A stretch of 59,201 nt of DNA from an uncultured Candidatus Peribacteria bacterium (GTDB lineage: Bacteria; Patescibacteriota; Gracilibacteria; UBA1369; 2-02-FULL-48-14): NCBI GenBank assembly GCA_964601715.1, contig CAZROM010000003.1, forward strand, positions 36,533 to 95,733, in the 5' to 3' direction. Under the pieces are notes generated by a model. That model was not told the DNA's origin. It did no database searches and worked only from the letters and a program-made list of their open reading frames with translations. Position numbers and translations under genes: made by a program. Positions 27,851 through 37,865 of this stretch are shown piece by piece (position 1 is the stretch's first letter; each line of letters opens with the position of its first letter).

Positions 27851-28306
27851 TTATTCGTCGGCGTTCACGTGAATGATGCGCGTTTTGTAATCCTCTGTTT
27901 TAGGGATGGTGATGATCAGCACATGTTCATGGACGCGTGCTTGAATGTTTTTGCGGTCGATGTGATCGGGCAAAACAATGGAACGAGAAAACACTCCCCA
28001 AAACAGTTCTCCAACAAGGGTTTTGTGCAAATCCAAGCCGCTGACTTTTTTACGTTCGCCACGAATGGTGAGCACGTCATCTTGAAGAGAAACGCGAATG
28101 TCGGTCTTTTCCACTCCAGCAATGGGGCAGAGCACCACCATTTCATTTTCGGTGTGCAAGATGTCCACCGAAAGCTGACCTTCTTCAGGTTCTTGCTCTT
28201 CTTTTTTGGTAGCCACACTGGGGTGAGGGCGCGCATTCAAACGCACCTGAAGTTTTTCACCTTCTTTTTTTGCGAGCTTGAGTTGTCCGATTCCGACTTG
28301 AGTCAT
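27851..28306 (-). CDS. Hsp20/alpha-crystallin small heat-shock protein
   Basis: 151 aa. VDILHTENEMVVLCPIAGVEKTDIRVSLQDDVLTIRGERK is the alpha-crystallin core, and the C-terminus has VLIITIPK. Confidence 0.88.
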   Translation of the reverse strand: MTQVGIGQLKLAKKEGEKLQVRLNARPHPSVATKKEEQEPEEGQLSVDILHTENEMVVLCPIAGVEKTDIRVSLQDDVLTIRGERKKVSGLDLHKTLVGELFWGVFSRSIVLPDHIDRKNIQARVHEHVLIITIPKTEDYKTRIIHVNADE

Positions 28307-28354
28307 GAGTGCAGTTTAGTCCGACACTGCTCTCGGAGCAAGCTTTCAGATTGC

Positions 28355-28383
28355 TTGACGCATTTTCTTTTTCTGTTTAAACT
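28355..28383 (+). promoter_or_regulatory. Candidate promoter TTGACG-17 nt-TAAACT for the 28401..29027 gene
   Basis: ttgacg at 28355-28360, a 17-nt spacer, taaact at 28378-28383, and the ATG at 28401. Confidence 0.3.
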
Positions 28384-28400
28384 CACACCCATCTTTCATT

Positions 28401-29027
28401 ATGACACTTGAATACCCTACAGATCGTTTACTTGAGACAGCACAAGCGAGTTTAGATTTCTGGAGGGACAGAAATCTTGATCAAGATTTGCCCGTTGGAC
28501 TCACTGCAAAAGCACTATGTGATCGAGCGATAGCCGTTTTGGAGGCAGGTTGTTTTGGGGATGAAAAACTGCCTGGTCTTTATGCAGGAGTATTTCGTGA
28601 GGGGGCTGAAAATTCTTTAGCTGGTAAAGAGCCTCCATTTAAATTGGTGGGTGAGCTTCAAAGTCCAAAGCTTGGAGATTGGCATTTCTTTTTGACGAAT
28701 CCAGACGGCGGTATTGAGTCGCAAACTTTGTCTGAGGAGTGGGTAGCCCTTTTACAAAGGAATTTTCCTATTTATGGTGTGTCCCAACTTCCATTTGAGG
28801 CATATATGTCTATTCAAGGAACAAGTCCTGAGTCATCTTTGCATCAAAAAGGAGCGATTAGTCTTGTTACGCGTGGAGACTCGTTGGCGTTGGCTCGTTA
28901 CAATGGAACACGAGTTATGGTTAACGATTTGCCTAGCATCGAATTGCCGCAACCTGCCGATCGTCGATATGGGGCTAGCCCTTTTTATGTGGCTCGCCCC
29001 ACTCGAGTGGAAAGTCTGAGAGACTAA
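28401..29027 (+). CDS. Hypothetical protein
   Basis: 208-aa ORF whose 3' end overlaps the ftsH 3' end by 4 nt. No motif recognised. Confidence 0.55.
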   Translation: MTLEYPTDRLLETAQASLDFWRDRNLDQDLPVGLTAKALCDRAIAVLEAGCFGDEKLPGLYAGVFREGAENSLAGKEPPFKLVGELQSPKLGDWHFFLTNPDGGIESQTLSEEWVALLQRNFPIYGVSQLPFEAYMSIQGTSPESSLHQKGAISLVTRGDSLALARYNGTRVMVNDLPSIELPQPADRRYGASPFYVARPTRVESLRD

Positions 29028-30865
29028 TCCTTCTTAGCCAACTTCTTTCCTTCTAAAACCTCGACGAATTCGTCACGGGTGAGGGTTTCGCGTTCTTTGA
29101 GGGTCTTTGCGAGCAAAGTCATTTCTTTGCGGTGTTTGATGAGAAGGTCTTTGGCCTTTTTGTAGGCTTTGTCCACAAAGGCTTGGATTTCTTTGTCGAT
29201 GAGAGCGGCTTTTTCTTCGGAGTAATTTTTAACGTGACCAAAGTCGCGGCCGAGGAAAACTTCGTGATTGGTTTCGCCGTAAACGGTGGGTCCGACGGCG
29301 GCACTCATTCCAAATTCAGTGACCATGCGGCGAGCCATTTGAGTGACTTTTTGCAGGTCGTTGGAAGGTCCAGTGGACACTTGTCCGTAGACCAATTCTT
29401 CGGCAACATAACCTCCCATTCCGGAAGCCATTTCGTGTTCGAATTTCTCTTGAGTGAAGAGGTGAGAATCTTCATCGGGCATGAACCAAGTGAGCCCGAG
29501 TGCCATTCCACGAGGGATGATGGTGACTTTGCGGAGAGGATCACATTCGGACAAGAGTTGACGAACGAGGGCGTGACCGACTTCGTGATAGGCAGTGACT
29601 TCTTTTTCTTTTTCGCTCATCACATGAGATTTGCGTTCGGGTCCCATTTGTACTTTTTCTACGGCCATTTCAATGTCGTGGCTGGTGATTTCTTTGTTGC
29701 CTTGACGTGCCGTCATGATGGCTGCTTCGTTGAGCACGTTTTCTAGATCCGCTCCAGAGAAACCTGGAGTTTGTTTGGCCACGTGTTTGAGGTCCGTTCC
29801 TTTCGCAAGAGGCTTGTTTTTGGAGTGCACTTTGAGAATCGCTTCACGGTCTTCCATGCTGGGGCTGTCCACCACCACACGGCGGTCGAAACGACCTGGG
29901 CGGAGTAGTGCAGGGTCCAGCACATCGGGACGGTTGGTGGCTGCCACCACAATCACACCGGTGTTGGTTTCAAAACCATCCATTTCGGTGAGGATTTGGT
30001 TGAGGGTTTGTTCACGTTCGTCGTGACCTCCACCCACACCTGTTCCACGTTGGCGACCCACGGCATCGATTTCGTCCATGAACACGATGCAAGGCGCATT
30101 GCGTTTTGCTTTTTTGAACAGATCACGCACACGGCTGGCTCCGACTCCCACGAACATTTCTACGAATTCAGATCCACTGATGGAGAAGAAAGGCACGTTG
30201 GCTTCACCGGCCACGGCACGAGCGAGCAAGGTTTTACCGTTCCCTGGAGAACCGACGAGCATCACTCCTTTTGGAATTTTGGCGCCCATGGCGGTGTATT
30301 TGCTGGGATTTTTAAGGAAGTCCACAACCTCCACCAATTCTTCTTTGGCTTCTTTGAGTCCTGCCACATTATCGAAGGTGGTGCGTTCTTTTTCATTGTC
30401 GTGAAGGCGAGCACTGGATTTTCCAAAGGACATGGCTTGATTGTTGCTGCTTTGAGCGCCGCGCATCATGAACCATAAGAATCCAACTATGAGAAAGATG
30501 GGAATGATGGAGAGTCCAATGTTGAGCCAGAGTCCGTCGCTGGAGGTGTCAGTGATCTCGATTTTTAGGTTTTCACGAATGGCTTCGGGTACTGGTGCCA
30601 GCACTTCATCCACGGTTTGGCCGTATTCTTTAAATGCGTATTTTTGAGTGTCATCGGCAAGCACATAGTTCACGCGATTGTCCATCACGGTGACTTCGGT
30701 CACGGTTCCGCTTTCTACATCTTGAACGAAGGTGCTGAGTGCCACTTGTTCCCAAGGTTTTTCACCGAGTGGGTTCCAGATGGTGTAAATCGCCGAAATG
30801 AGCAGTCCCAAGATAAGAACCGCAATGAGTGGGCTCGGACCTTTTTTTTGAAGTGCAGTTGCCAT
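29024..30865 (-). CDS. ftsH: ATP-dependent zinc metalloprotease FtsH
   Basis: Two TM helices, Walker [18 protein letters not shown], Walker [33 protein letters not shown], and zinc motif HEVGHAL. Confidence 0.97.
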   Translation of the reverse strand: MATALQKKGPSPLIAVLILGLLISAIYTIWNPLGEKPWEQVALSTFVQDVESGTVTEVTVMDNRVNYVLADDTQKYAFKEYGQTVDEVLAPVPEAIRENLKIEITDTSSDGLWLNIGLSIIPIFLIVGFLWFMMRGAQSSNNQAMSFGKSSARLHDNEKERTTFDNVAGLKEAKEELVEVVDFLKNPSKYTAMGAKIPKGVMLVGSPGNGKTLLARAVAGEANVPFFSISGSEFVEMFVGVGASRVRDLFKKAKRNAPCIVFMDEIDAVGRQRGTGVGGGHDEREQTLNQILTEMDGFETNTGVIVVAATNRPDVLDPALLRPGRFDRRVVVDSPSMEDREAILKVHSKNKPLAKGTDLKHVAKQTPGFSGADLENVLNEAAIMTARQGNKEITSHDIEMAVEKVQMGPERKSHVMSEKEKEVTAYHEVGHALVRQLLSECDPLRKVTIIPRGMALGLTWFMPDEDSHLFTQEKFEHEMASGMGGYVAEELVYGQVSTGPSNDLQKVTQMARRMVTEFGMSAAVGPTVYGETNHEVFLGRDFGHVKNYSEEKAALIDKEIQAFVDKAYKKAKDLLIKHRKEMTLLAKTLKERETLTRDEFVEVLEGKKLAKKD

Positions 30866-30952
30866 GCTTTGTTGGAGGGTGAAAAAGCCCAGCTATTTTA
30901 GCGGTGGAAAGGGGCATATGCAAAGGAAAGCTGAGCGCTTCGCGATTTTGAC

Positions 30953-31390
30953 TTATTTTGCTGCAATTGCAGTCACGACTCTTGAGACTGATATTTGAGC
31001 GGCTTCGATGGGGAAGGCTTCTTTTAAAGCGGCACGAAGGGCATTCAAAGCTTCAGTTGGGTTGATTTTGCCCTCATTGATCTCGCGAGCGTCTAGATCT
31101 CTTTCATAAAATAAAGTGGCTCGGCAATAAGAGAGAAACTCTTTGCACGCTGCTCTAAGCTCTTCGCTCCGCTCCCCAGACATGAGTCTTTCTGTCAAAC
31201 GTTTCGCAAGCGTTACGGCAAATTCTCTGGAATGATGATTTTTGAAATCCTCCACAGCACCTAGTAACCCTGGTTTTTTGGAAGTTCCGTAATTGATGTG
31301 ATTTGTGCGGGTGTCTTCGTTGGCCGCTCTGTCCTCCTCTTGCGCCATAATTTCTTTCGTAAAAGAATTGCGCTTCTGTTTTACAACCAT
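30953..31390 (-). CDS. Hypothetical protein occupying the slot between tilS and ftsH
   Basis: 145-aa ORF with no PRPP-binding or other recognisable motif. Confidence 0.55.
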   Translation of the reverse strand: MVVKQKRNSFTKEIMAQEEDRAANEDTRTNHINYGTSKKPGLLGAVEDFKNHHSREFAVTLAKRLTERLMSGERSEELRAACKEFLSYCRATLFYERDLDAREINEGKINPTEALNALRAALKEAFPIEAAQISVSRVVTAIAAK

Positions 31391-31423
31391 TTTAGGCTAT
31401 ATGGCAAGTGTCGTTTACCCTCG

Positions 31424-32365
31424 CTAAATCAACTTCGCCCTTTCTTTGCTCATGCTGAGGAAGCGCATTTTTTTGTTGCTGGGGTCCCACTCCGTTTTTT
31501 TGCGAGGTTCGAATTTGAGAATGGCTTCGTCCCAACGTTCTAAAGTAGCGGAGTCGGGAATGTGTTTGCCCGTGCTGTCTTGGTACCACAGCTCAAGAAC
31601 GGTGGCGCGGATGGGGAAGGCCAATTTGCTGTAGGCTGTGCGAGAAAGCCCTTCTTTTTTATCGAGGAATTCTTGCATGAAGGTGCGAGCGCCGGTTTCG
31701 AGCATCTTTTGCAGATCCAGCCAGTAGGATTTTTGCTTTTGCCAGCGTTCGGCCAGACCTGGGTAAACGTGGGTCAGCACCGGAATGATTTTGTTGCGCA
31801 AAAAGTTGCGAGCCAAAGTGTCGTCGTCGTTGGTGGGATCGTCGCGATAAGGAATTTCGTGATAGCCGATGTACGCGTTGATTTCGGCGCGAGAGGTGTA
31901 GAGCAAAGGACGAATCAGTGCCGGAGCAAAGTCGCTGCGACTGAACGCCATCCCTGACAAACCTTTGACGCGAGTGCCTCGCACAAAGTGGAGCATCATC
32001 GATTCAAAATCGTCGTCTTGATGATGAGCTGTCAAAATAAAATCCGCCTTGTGTTTTTTCGCCACCTTTTGAAAAAACTCGTAGCGCTTTTCTCGTCCCC
32101 ATTCTTCGGTGTTGCCACTGGTGGGTGGGCGAGGTTTGAAGAGTTCACAGTGCACTTCCCAGCGCAGCATCATTCCTTTGACGAATTCGGCATCGCTTTC
32201 GGCGCTGTCACGCAGTCCATGATTCATGTGGGCTGCAATCAAGGTGAGATCTTTGCGTTGGTTTTGCAAAGCATGAACCAGAGCCATGGAGTCTCTTCCA
32301 CCCGAGACACCGATGAGAACCGTGCTTTCTTTTGGGATTTGTTTGAGTTCCAAGGAGAGTTTCAT
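31424..32365 (-). CDS. tilS: tRNA(Ile)-lysidine synthase
   Basis: PP-loop VLIGVSGGRDSMALVH and TAHHQDDDFESMMLHFVRG. 313 aa. Confidence 0.92.
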   Translation of the reverse strand: MKLSLELKQIPKESTVLIGVSGGRDSMALVHALQNQRKDLTLIAAHMNHGLRDSAESDAEFVKGMMLRWEVHCELFKPRPPTSGNTEEWGREKRYEFFQKVAKKHKADFILTAHHQDDDFESMMLHFVRGTRVKGLSGMAFSRSDFAPALIRPLLYTSRAEINAYIGYHEIPYRDDPTNDDDTLARNFLRNKIIPVLTHVYPGLAERWQKQKSYWLDLQKMLETGARTFMQEFLDKKEGLSRTAYSKLAFPIRATVLELWYQDSTGKHIPDSATLERWDEAILKFEPRKKTEWDPSNKKMRFLSMSKERAKLI

Positions 32366-32673
32366 GGCGTGGGGGTTATGCTGAGTGCAATGGCGAGGTC
32401 CATATTATCATCATCTGCCAATTTATTGCGTATGGTTCGGCCACATTTTGTGCATTCATGCAAGAGGATCCATCCTTTTTTGCCGGATTGAGTGAGTCCG
32501 ATGGGGGCCATTAAACCACCACAAGTGGAGGCTCTATCACCGGGAAATTCCGCATCCACATGCCGAGAATACAAACACTCCTTGCAATGATTGCGACAAC
32601 TGCCTTTTTGAGTGGGCACTTGGGCGCCGCAGTTTAAGCATTGAAAAGGTTCGTTGATCACTATAAAGTTCAT
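32362..32673 (-). CDS. RNHCP-domain zinc-binding protein
   Basis: 103 aa. FQCLNCGA...GSCRNHCKEC...CTKCG includes the literal RNHC motif. Its stop overlaps the tilS start by 4 nt. Confidence 0.75.
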   Translation of the reverse strand: MNFIVINEPFQCLNCGAQVPTQKGSCRNHCKECLYSRHVDAEFPGDRASTCGGLMAPIGLTQSGKKGWILLHECTKCGRTIRNKLADDDNMDLAIALSITPTP

Positions 32674-32716
32674 GTCCGACGACTAGATTGTTTTAAGTTT
32701 AGTTCATCCCGCCTCA

Positions 32717-33238
32717 ATGGACAATACGATGCCTTCCGTTTATGAAGCCCCTCGAGGGCGCTTGCTTCCTACTTTGGTGCTCTTCACCTTTGTGCTTGGA
32801 TCTCTCTATGCAATGTATTTGCTCTTCAGCTCTTACAGTCTCAAACATTCGGTTTCGCAACTCGAAACTGACAAGGCTGAGGTGCAAAGAAAAATTGAAG
32901 TCCTGAACGATCAACAAATTCAAGAGCTCTACAACGCACAATTGCTCAGCGAAAAATTGGCTGAAAATTCCACGCGTTGGTCTCAAGTTTTGACGAGTTT
33001 GCAAAATCTCACTCCGGTTGGAGTGTATTTTGCGAGTTACGGTTTGAATGAAGATGGAACGATTCAAGTCACGGGATACGGAGAAAGTTACGACTCCGTT
33101 GCTGATTTGATTTCTGCCATGGAAAAAGCCGATGACTTCATCGGTGCCTTTGTTCCTTCAGTGACCGCAGGGAAGACCAGCGATGGTCAGTCCATTGCGA
33201 GCTTCAGCCTCACTATCCATTTGACCTCTGCACAATGA
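32717..33238 (+). CDS. pilN: PilN-like type IV pilus assembly protein
   Basis: 173 aa. Short cytoplasmic N-terminus, one TM (LLPTLVLFTFVLGSLYAMYLLF), a coiled coil, then a periplasmic domain. It directly precedes the pilO-like and pilC genes. Confidence 0.6.
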   Translation: MDNTMPSVYEAPRGRLLPTLVLFTFVLGSLYAMYLLFSSYSLKHSVSQLETDKAEVQRKIEVLNDQQIQELYNAQLLSEKLAENSTRWSQVLTSLQNLTPVGVYFASYGLNEDGTIQVTGYGESYDSVADLISAMEKADDFIGAFVPSVTAGKTSDGQSIASFSLTIHLTSAQ

Positions 33239-33753
33239 AAACCGGACAATCTTCACAACTCATGTCGATTTTGCTCCTGCTACTGATCATTGTGGGATCC
33301 GTGGTTTTTGTTTTGCCGATGCGCGATAAAATCACCGAATACGAAGCTCAAAAGGTGACTTTGACGACGGAACTCCAAACACTCGAAACGCAATACGACG
33401 ATCTTTCTGCCTTGGCAAAAGAAGTTTCGCAAAGTGAAACGGCCAAGCTCAAACTCCTTGCGTCGGTGCCCGTTGGTTACGATCAAGATTCTTTGATTTT
33501 AGAACTGACGAAGTTGGCAGAAGACACGGGATTCTCTCTCAATGCGATTTCGTTTTCTTTGGGTCAAAGTGAACTTTTTGGAAAGACCATTACGGTTGCC
33601 ACCAATGTGAAAGGGTCCTTCAATCAAATGGTGGATTTCTTGCAAAAGATTGAAGGAGCAGATCGTTTGATGCGAGTGACGGCGCTCAGTGTGCAACGCA
33701 TGAGTGCAACGGACGTGGGCTTTAATCTTGCTATAGAGGCGTATTACCAATAA
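33235..33753 (+). CDS. pilO: PilO-like type IV pilus assembly protein
   Basis: 172 aa. TM (LMSILLLLLIIVGSVVFVL), coiled coil, and the LASVPVGYDQDSLILELTKLAEDTGF pattern. 4-nt overlap with the upstream gene. Confidence 0.6.
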   Translation: MKTGQSSQLMSILLLLLIIVGSVVFVLPMRDKITEYEAQKVTLTTELQTLETQYDDLSALAKEVSQSETAKLKLLASVPVGYDQDSLILELTKLAEDTGFSLNAISFSLGQSELFGKTITVATNVKGSFNQMVDFLQKIEGADRLMRVTALSVQRMSATDVGFNLAIEAYYQ

Positions 33754-33757
33754 ATCC

Positions 33758-34915
33758 ATGGCGAACCCTTCTTTATCTAAACCCTCCGAAAAAGAAGTCA
33801 CCGTTGTTTATGGAATTTATAATTCAGCGGCCCAACCTTTTTCGGTGCGCATGAATGATTTTTTCATCGATAGGAAAAAAGTTTCGGTTCAAGAGAAATC
33901 CTATTTTTATCATTTGCTTGGGGTGATGATGGACGCTGGAATCCCCATCATGAAGGCTTTGAAAGTCTTGGCGAAAAAAACGGAGAACCCTCGTTTTGCG
34001 CGCATTGTGAACACGCTCGGTTACGACGTCGAACGTGGGAAATTGCTGAGTTTGTCGATGACCAAATTCCCGGATGTGTTTAAAGAATCCGAAATTGGAA
34101 TCATTCGCAGCGGAGAAAGCATTGGGAACTTGGCCAAGCTTTTGTTCAAGCTCGCAACGCAAACGCAACGTGCTCACACTTTGTATTTGAAAGTGCGCGG
34201 AGCTTTGATTTATCCAAGCACGGTTTTGATTGCGCTTTTGGTGTCTGGGGCGATTGTGGTGCGAGTGGTCATTCCACGCATCGATGAGTTCTTCACCCAA
34301 GCGCATTTTGAATTGCCCTTCATCACGCAAGTGGTACTGACCTTTGGACGCTTTGTTGTGAACTTCAGTTGGTTGCTGGTGATCTTTGCCGTTTTCCTTG
34401 GTTTGCTTTTGTCTTTTTACGTGAACACCGAAACAGGACGTCGTCGTTACGATGAATTCATGCTCAGCGTTCCTTTCTTCAGCGATGTGATTCGCAAGCT
34501 CAATGTGTCGCGCTTCGTGCAAATTTTGAGTCTGCTCATTGAAGCGGGAGTTCCCATTCATGAAGCGATTCGCATTGCATCTGGTGCGATGACCAACACT
34601 TTGTACAAAGATTATTTGCTGACTTTGAAAGCCGATGTGGAACGTGGAGAAAAGATTGCGGACAACTTGGCTGAGGCACCTTTCCTTTTTCCGGAGACCG
34701 TGGTGGCGATGATTTCGGTGGGGGAGAACTCAGGGCAAATTGCGGCGATTGCCGAAAAGTTGGCGGCGCATTATGAAGACGAAGTGGAGAGTTCACTCGA
34801 CACGTTTACGACTTTGCTCGAGCCCATTGTGATTGTGATCGTGGGAGTGGCGGTTGGAGTTTTGGCGCTCGCGCTGCTCGGACCGATTTTCTCCTTATCT
34901 TCTTTGGTTTCATGA
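33758..34915 (+). CDS. pilC: Type IV pilus / T2SS platform protein (GspF/PilC family)
   Basis: 385 aa with two T2SSF-type repeats (FYHLLGVMMDAGIPIMKALKVL... and FVQILSLLIEAGVPIHEAIRIA...) and three TM segments. Confidence 0.9.
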   Translation: MANPSLSKPSEKEVTVVYGIYNSAAQPFSVRMNDFFIDRKKVSVQEKSYFYHLLGVMMDAGIPIMKALKVLAKKTENPRFARIVNTLGYDVERGKLLSLSMTKFPDVFKESEIGIIRSGESIGNLAKLLFKLATQTQRAHTLYLKVRGALIYPSTVLIALLVSGAIVVRVVIPRIDEFFTQAHFELPFITQVVLTFGRFVVNFSWLLVIFAVFLGLLLSFYVNTETGRRRYDEFMLSVPFFSDVIRKLNVSRFVQILSLLIEAGVPIHEAIRIASGAMTNTLYKDYLLTLKADVERGEKIADNLAEAPFLFPETVVAMISVGENSGQIAAIAEKLAAHYEDEVESSLDTFTTLLEPIVIVIVGVAVGVLALALLGPIFSLSSLVS

Positions 34916-35505
34916 CGAAAAAATCTGCCTTCACTTTGATCGAAGTTTTGGTTGTCATCACCATCATTGGGCTTTTGACTTCCATTTTGGTTTTGAATTT
35001 TCAAGGCGTGAAAGAAAAACAGGAAATCGCTTTGCTCGCCGATAAAAGTTTGGCGATGATGCAGCAGGCGAAGGCCGATGTGCGCAGCGGAAAAATTGTG
35101 ACGAATGAAGATGGTTCGACGCAGTATCTTTGCGAAGGAGCTTTGTTCACGGTAGGCGCTCAGCCTCAGTACGTGACGATGCCTTTTTTGAGTTCTGGGG
35201 ATTGCGATTTTACGTCGCAAACTTTGGAAAATTATGGAATGGATTCGGGAGCTTCGTATGTGGGATCTCTTGAAGTGGATGGCACGCAGCCCGATTCTTT
35301 GCTCGCACTATTCGTTCCGCCTTCAGGCACTTTGCAGCTCTTCTCAGACGAAGGGGTGACGCTTTATAGTGGGGATGCTCAAGTGCGATTTGAAAGTGCG
35401 ACTTACGCGGTGGACGAAACTCAGATCGCTACGGTTTTGCAACTTTCTCAGAGTTCTGGTTTTGCTCAATTGGTGCTTCTTGATCCCAATGCCGATGCAG
35501 AATAA
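34912..35505 (+). CDS. Prepilin-type N-terminal cleavage/methylation domain protein (pilin/pseudopilin)
   Basis: MTKKSAFTLIEVLVVITIIGLLTSILV is a class III signal with Phe+1 and Glu+5, but Ala at -1. Confidence 0.88.
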   Translation: MTKKSAFTLIEVLVVITIIGLLTSILVLNFQGVKEKQEIALLADKSLAMMQQAKADVRSGKIVTNEDGSTQYLCEGALFTVGAQPQYVTMPFLSSGDCDFTSQTLENYGMDSGASYVGSLEVDGTQPDSLLALFVPPSGTLQLFSDEGVTLYSGDAQVRFESATYAVDETQIATVLQLSQSSGFAQLVLLDPNADAE

Positions 35506-36019
35506 ATCCGCATTCACACTCATCGAAACCATCATTGCGATCACGTTGATCACCGTGGTGATGACGGCTGTCACGGGTCTTATTTTAACGACCTTGCTTG
35601 CGAATGAACGTAACACTCACACCTTGCAGGCTACGTTTTTGGCGCAGGAAGGCTTGGAGGCGACCCGTTTTATGCGTGACTCGAATTGGCTGCAAAATTA
35701 CACGTGGGATGAAGGCTTGGATTTGTGGGGAGATGTGTTTCATGTTTCAGAAAGCAATCCTACGATCACTCGTTCTTTGGTAGACAAGCCTTGCTCCTCC
35801 TCTTCGTATTGTTTTGGTTTGTCTGCGGATGAAGCGGATGGAGTGGTGACCTTGGGCAGCTCGATGCAGTTCACTCGCAGTTTGACCTTTAGTTTGCTGC
35901 GCAATGAAGATGGTACTCCCGTAGAAGACGCTGTTTTGGTGACTGTAAATGTGACTTGGCTGGAACGCGGAGTGGATCGTTCGGTGGAATTGTCCACGAC
36001 TTTAACCGATTGGAAATGA
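35489..36019 (+). CDS. Prepilin-type minor pilin
   Basis: MPMQNKSAFTLIETIIAITLITVVMTAV. Start placed at the ATG at 35489 (or 35495), overlapping the upstream stop. Confidence 0.85.
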   Translation: MPMQNKSAFTLIETIIAITLITVVMTAVTGLILTTLLANERNTHTLQATFLAQEGLEATRFMRDSNWLQNYTWDEGLDLWGDVFHVSESNPTITRSLVDKPCSSSSYCFGLSADEADGVVTLGSSMQFTRSLTFSLLRNEDGTPVEDAVLVTVNVTWLERGVDRSVELSTTLTDWK

Positions 36020-36678
36020 GCTTAAAAACTTTCAAAAATCGAGAGGCCTTCACTTTGATTGAAATGATCATCGCGATCACCGTGTTCACCATTTTTATTG
36101 GCTTTGCTATTTCGGCTTATTTGACCTTTCATCGTGCGGATCAAGACGCGCTGACCAATCGAAGTTTGCTCATGGATGCGGAGGCGATTCTCAATGAACT
36201 CTCGGATGCCACTCGTGAAAATAAAATCAATTACGACGCTTACGCTTCTTCCAGCAGTGGAGGCAGTCGCACCATCACGCGAGGATTTTCGCTGCCCTCG
36301 ACTTTGTCGCCCACTTCTTCGTTATCTCTGTCTTTGGGCAATGAACTCAACGAGCAAAGTCTTTATTTGATCAGTCCCGATGGAGAAGAACAAACGGTCT
36401 ACTCATGGAATGCGGATGAACAAAGTTTGAGCGTGCAGCGTTTTGATGCCAGTGGCACAGCGATTTCGGACGCGCAAAATTTGAACTCCGATGGCATGGC
36501 CGTGACGTATGTGAACTTTCGCATTTTCCCGGATGAAAATCCTTATGATGCATCGAGCAGCACTTCTCAGTTCCAGCCCATGGTCACCTTTGATTTGAGC
36601 TTCAGCATGCCTGGACGCATGGACACGGAGCTCACCTTGGATTTGAAAACCACCGTCACTAGCCGCTTTTACCAATGA
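36016..36678 (+). CDS. Prepilin-type minor pilin
   Basis: MSLKTFKNREAFTLIEMIIAITVFTIFIGF. ATGA start/stop overlap with the upstream gene. Confidence 0.85.
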   Translation: MSLKTFKNREAFTLIEMIIAITVFTIFIGFAISAYLTFHRADQDALTNRSLLMDAEAILNELSDATRENKINYDAYASSSSGGSRTITRGFSLPSTLSPTSSLSLSLGNELNEQSLYLISPDGEEQTVYSWNADEQSLSVQRFDASGTAISDAQNLNSDGMAVTYVNFRIFPDENPYDASSSTSQFQPMVTFDLSFSMPGRMDTELTLDLKTTVTSRFYQ

Positions 36679-37823
36679 ATATAGAAAATTTGAAAACGCC
36701 TCTCCTCGACGCGGGTCCTGTCCGCTACGCGGCCACCCGGCTTCGTCGAGTTCGCTTTCAAATTTCCTTGGGTAGTCGGAGAGCGAGTGCTTTGCTGCTG
36801 TCTTTCTTTTTGATGAGTGTTTTGATTTTGGTGGCGATTTCGGTGTCTATTTTGGTGGTGAAAGACATGTCCACGGTGCGCACCATCGTGGGAGGGACTC
36901 AGGCGTATTATGCGGCGGAAGGAGTGACGGAGCGTGGGCTGCAAGATTTGAAAGACAATTTGCCTGGCTACGAGCCCAGCTATTTGGGCATCGAATTTTT
37001 GGATTCTGCGATTGCGACTTTGGTCAGTACGGCGCGAGGAAGTGACGAAACGAAAGTGGTTCCTTGCGAAGGGCAGGGCGAGGCGTGGCATGCTTTGGGC
37101 CCCAATGAATCGATCCAGATTCCCCTCTTTGCTCAAACGGATGCTGCGGGAACCATTGAACCTGCGGGAGGGCAGTACATGAATTTTTATGTTTCTTTTT
37201 ATGCGGGCCAAGATGATGGCAGTGTGGATTTGACCACGGTTCCCACTCAGGATGTTTTGCGTTGGAAGGTGCTGGGACGATCGGGCACGGACACGACCAA
37301 TCCCGGAGCTACCGAAGCGATGTCGGAATACATTCCTCTCTACAACGATGAGGGCTATTACAATGCGGATGCGCCCACCAAGTTTGGAACTGCGGATTTG
37401 GGTGGGCTGCCTCCAGGCTATCAAGATGGAAAATTTTCTTCGTCGGGAGCTAGTTTTGATGCGGGTTATCCCATCTCCACTTTTTTGGCGAATCACGTCT
37501 ACAATTATTTGGTTTTGACGAACATCATCACCGAAACCACGAACAACACAGTGATTTATTATCAGTTCTACTCCACCGATTATGCGCCGGTGTGTGAGTA
37601 TGTGAATTTGGCTGCGACGGCCACTTCGACCAACGGCTCGGCTCAACAGGATTTGAGCACCTTGGTGAAGGAAGGGGAAAACCTGCCGGTTTTTGACTTT
37701 GTGATTTATCACACGGGTCCTCAAGAGAGCAGCACAAGTTCAGGAGGAAGCACATCGTCTGCCACTTTTGAGGTTCCTTCTCTTACAGTTCCAGATTGGG
37801 CGGCGATTTTGCTTGGATCTTAG
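36675..37823 (+). CDS. PilX-N-like pilus-associated protein (no FTLIE motif)
   Basis: 382 aa. N-terminal hydrophobic helix ALLLSFFLMSVLILVAISVSILVV followed by QAYYAAEGVTERGL. Translationally coupled to the pilin genes. Confidence 0.65.
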   Translation: MNIENLKTPLLDAGPVRYAATRLRRVRFQISLGSRRASALLLSFFLMSVLILVAISVSILVVKDMSTVRTIVGGTQAYYAAEGVTERGLQDLKDNLPGYEPSYLGIEFLDSAIATLVSTARGSDETKVVPCEGQGEAWHALGPNESIQIPLFAQTDAAGTIEPAGGQYMNFYVSFYAGQDDGSVDLTTVPTQDVLRWKVLGRSGTDTTNPGATEAMSEYIPLYNDEGYYNADAPTKFGTADLGGLPPGYQDGKFSSSGASFDAGYPISTFLANHVYNYLVLTNIITETTNNTVIYYQFYSTDYAPVCEYVNLAATATSTNGSAQQDLSTLVKEGENLPVFDFVIYHTGPQESSTSSGGSTSSATFEVPSLTVPDWAAILLGS

Positions 37824-37865
37824 CTTTGTGTTAGGCTGCGAGCTGTATTTACCGTTTTTTAAATT

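Noticed and set aside
28307-28400. CIRCE/HAIR-type heat-shock operator upstream of hsp20
   Set aside because: There is no TTAGCACTC-N9-GAGTGCTAA-like inverted repeat. Only a weak 5-bp palindrome (caagc-N9-gcttg) is present.
36669-37724. 351-aa minus-strand ORF
   Set aside because: It is antisense to the PilX-like gene, which is translationally coupled to the pilin genes. The translation is Arg-rich with no motifs.
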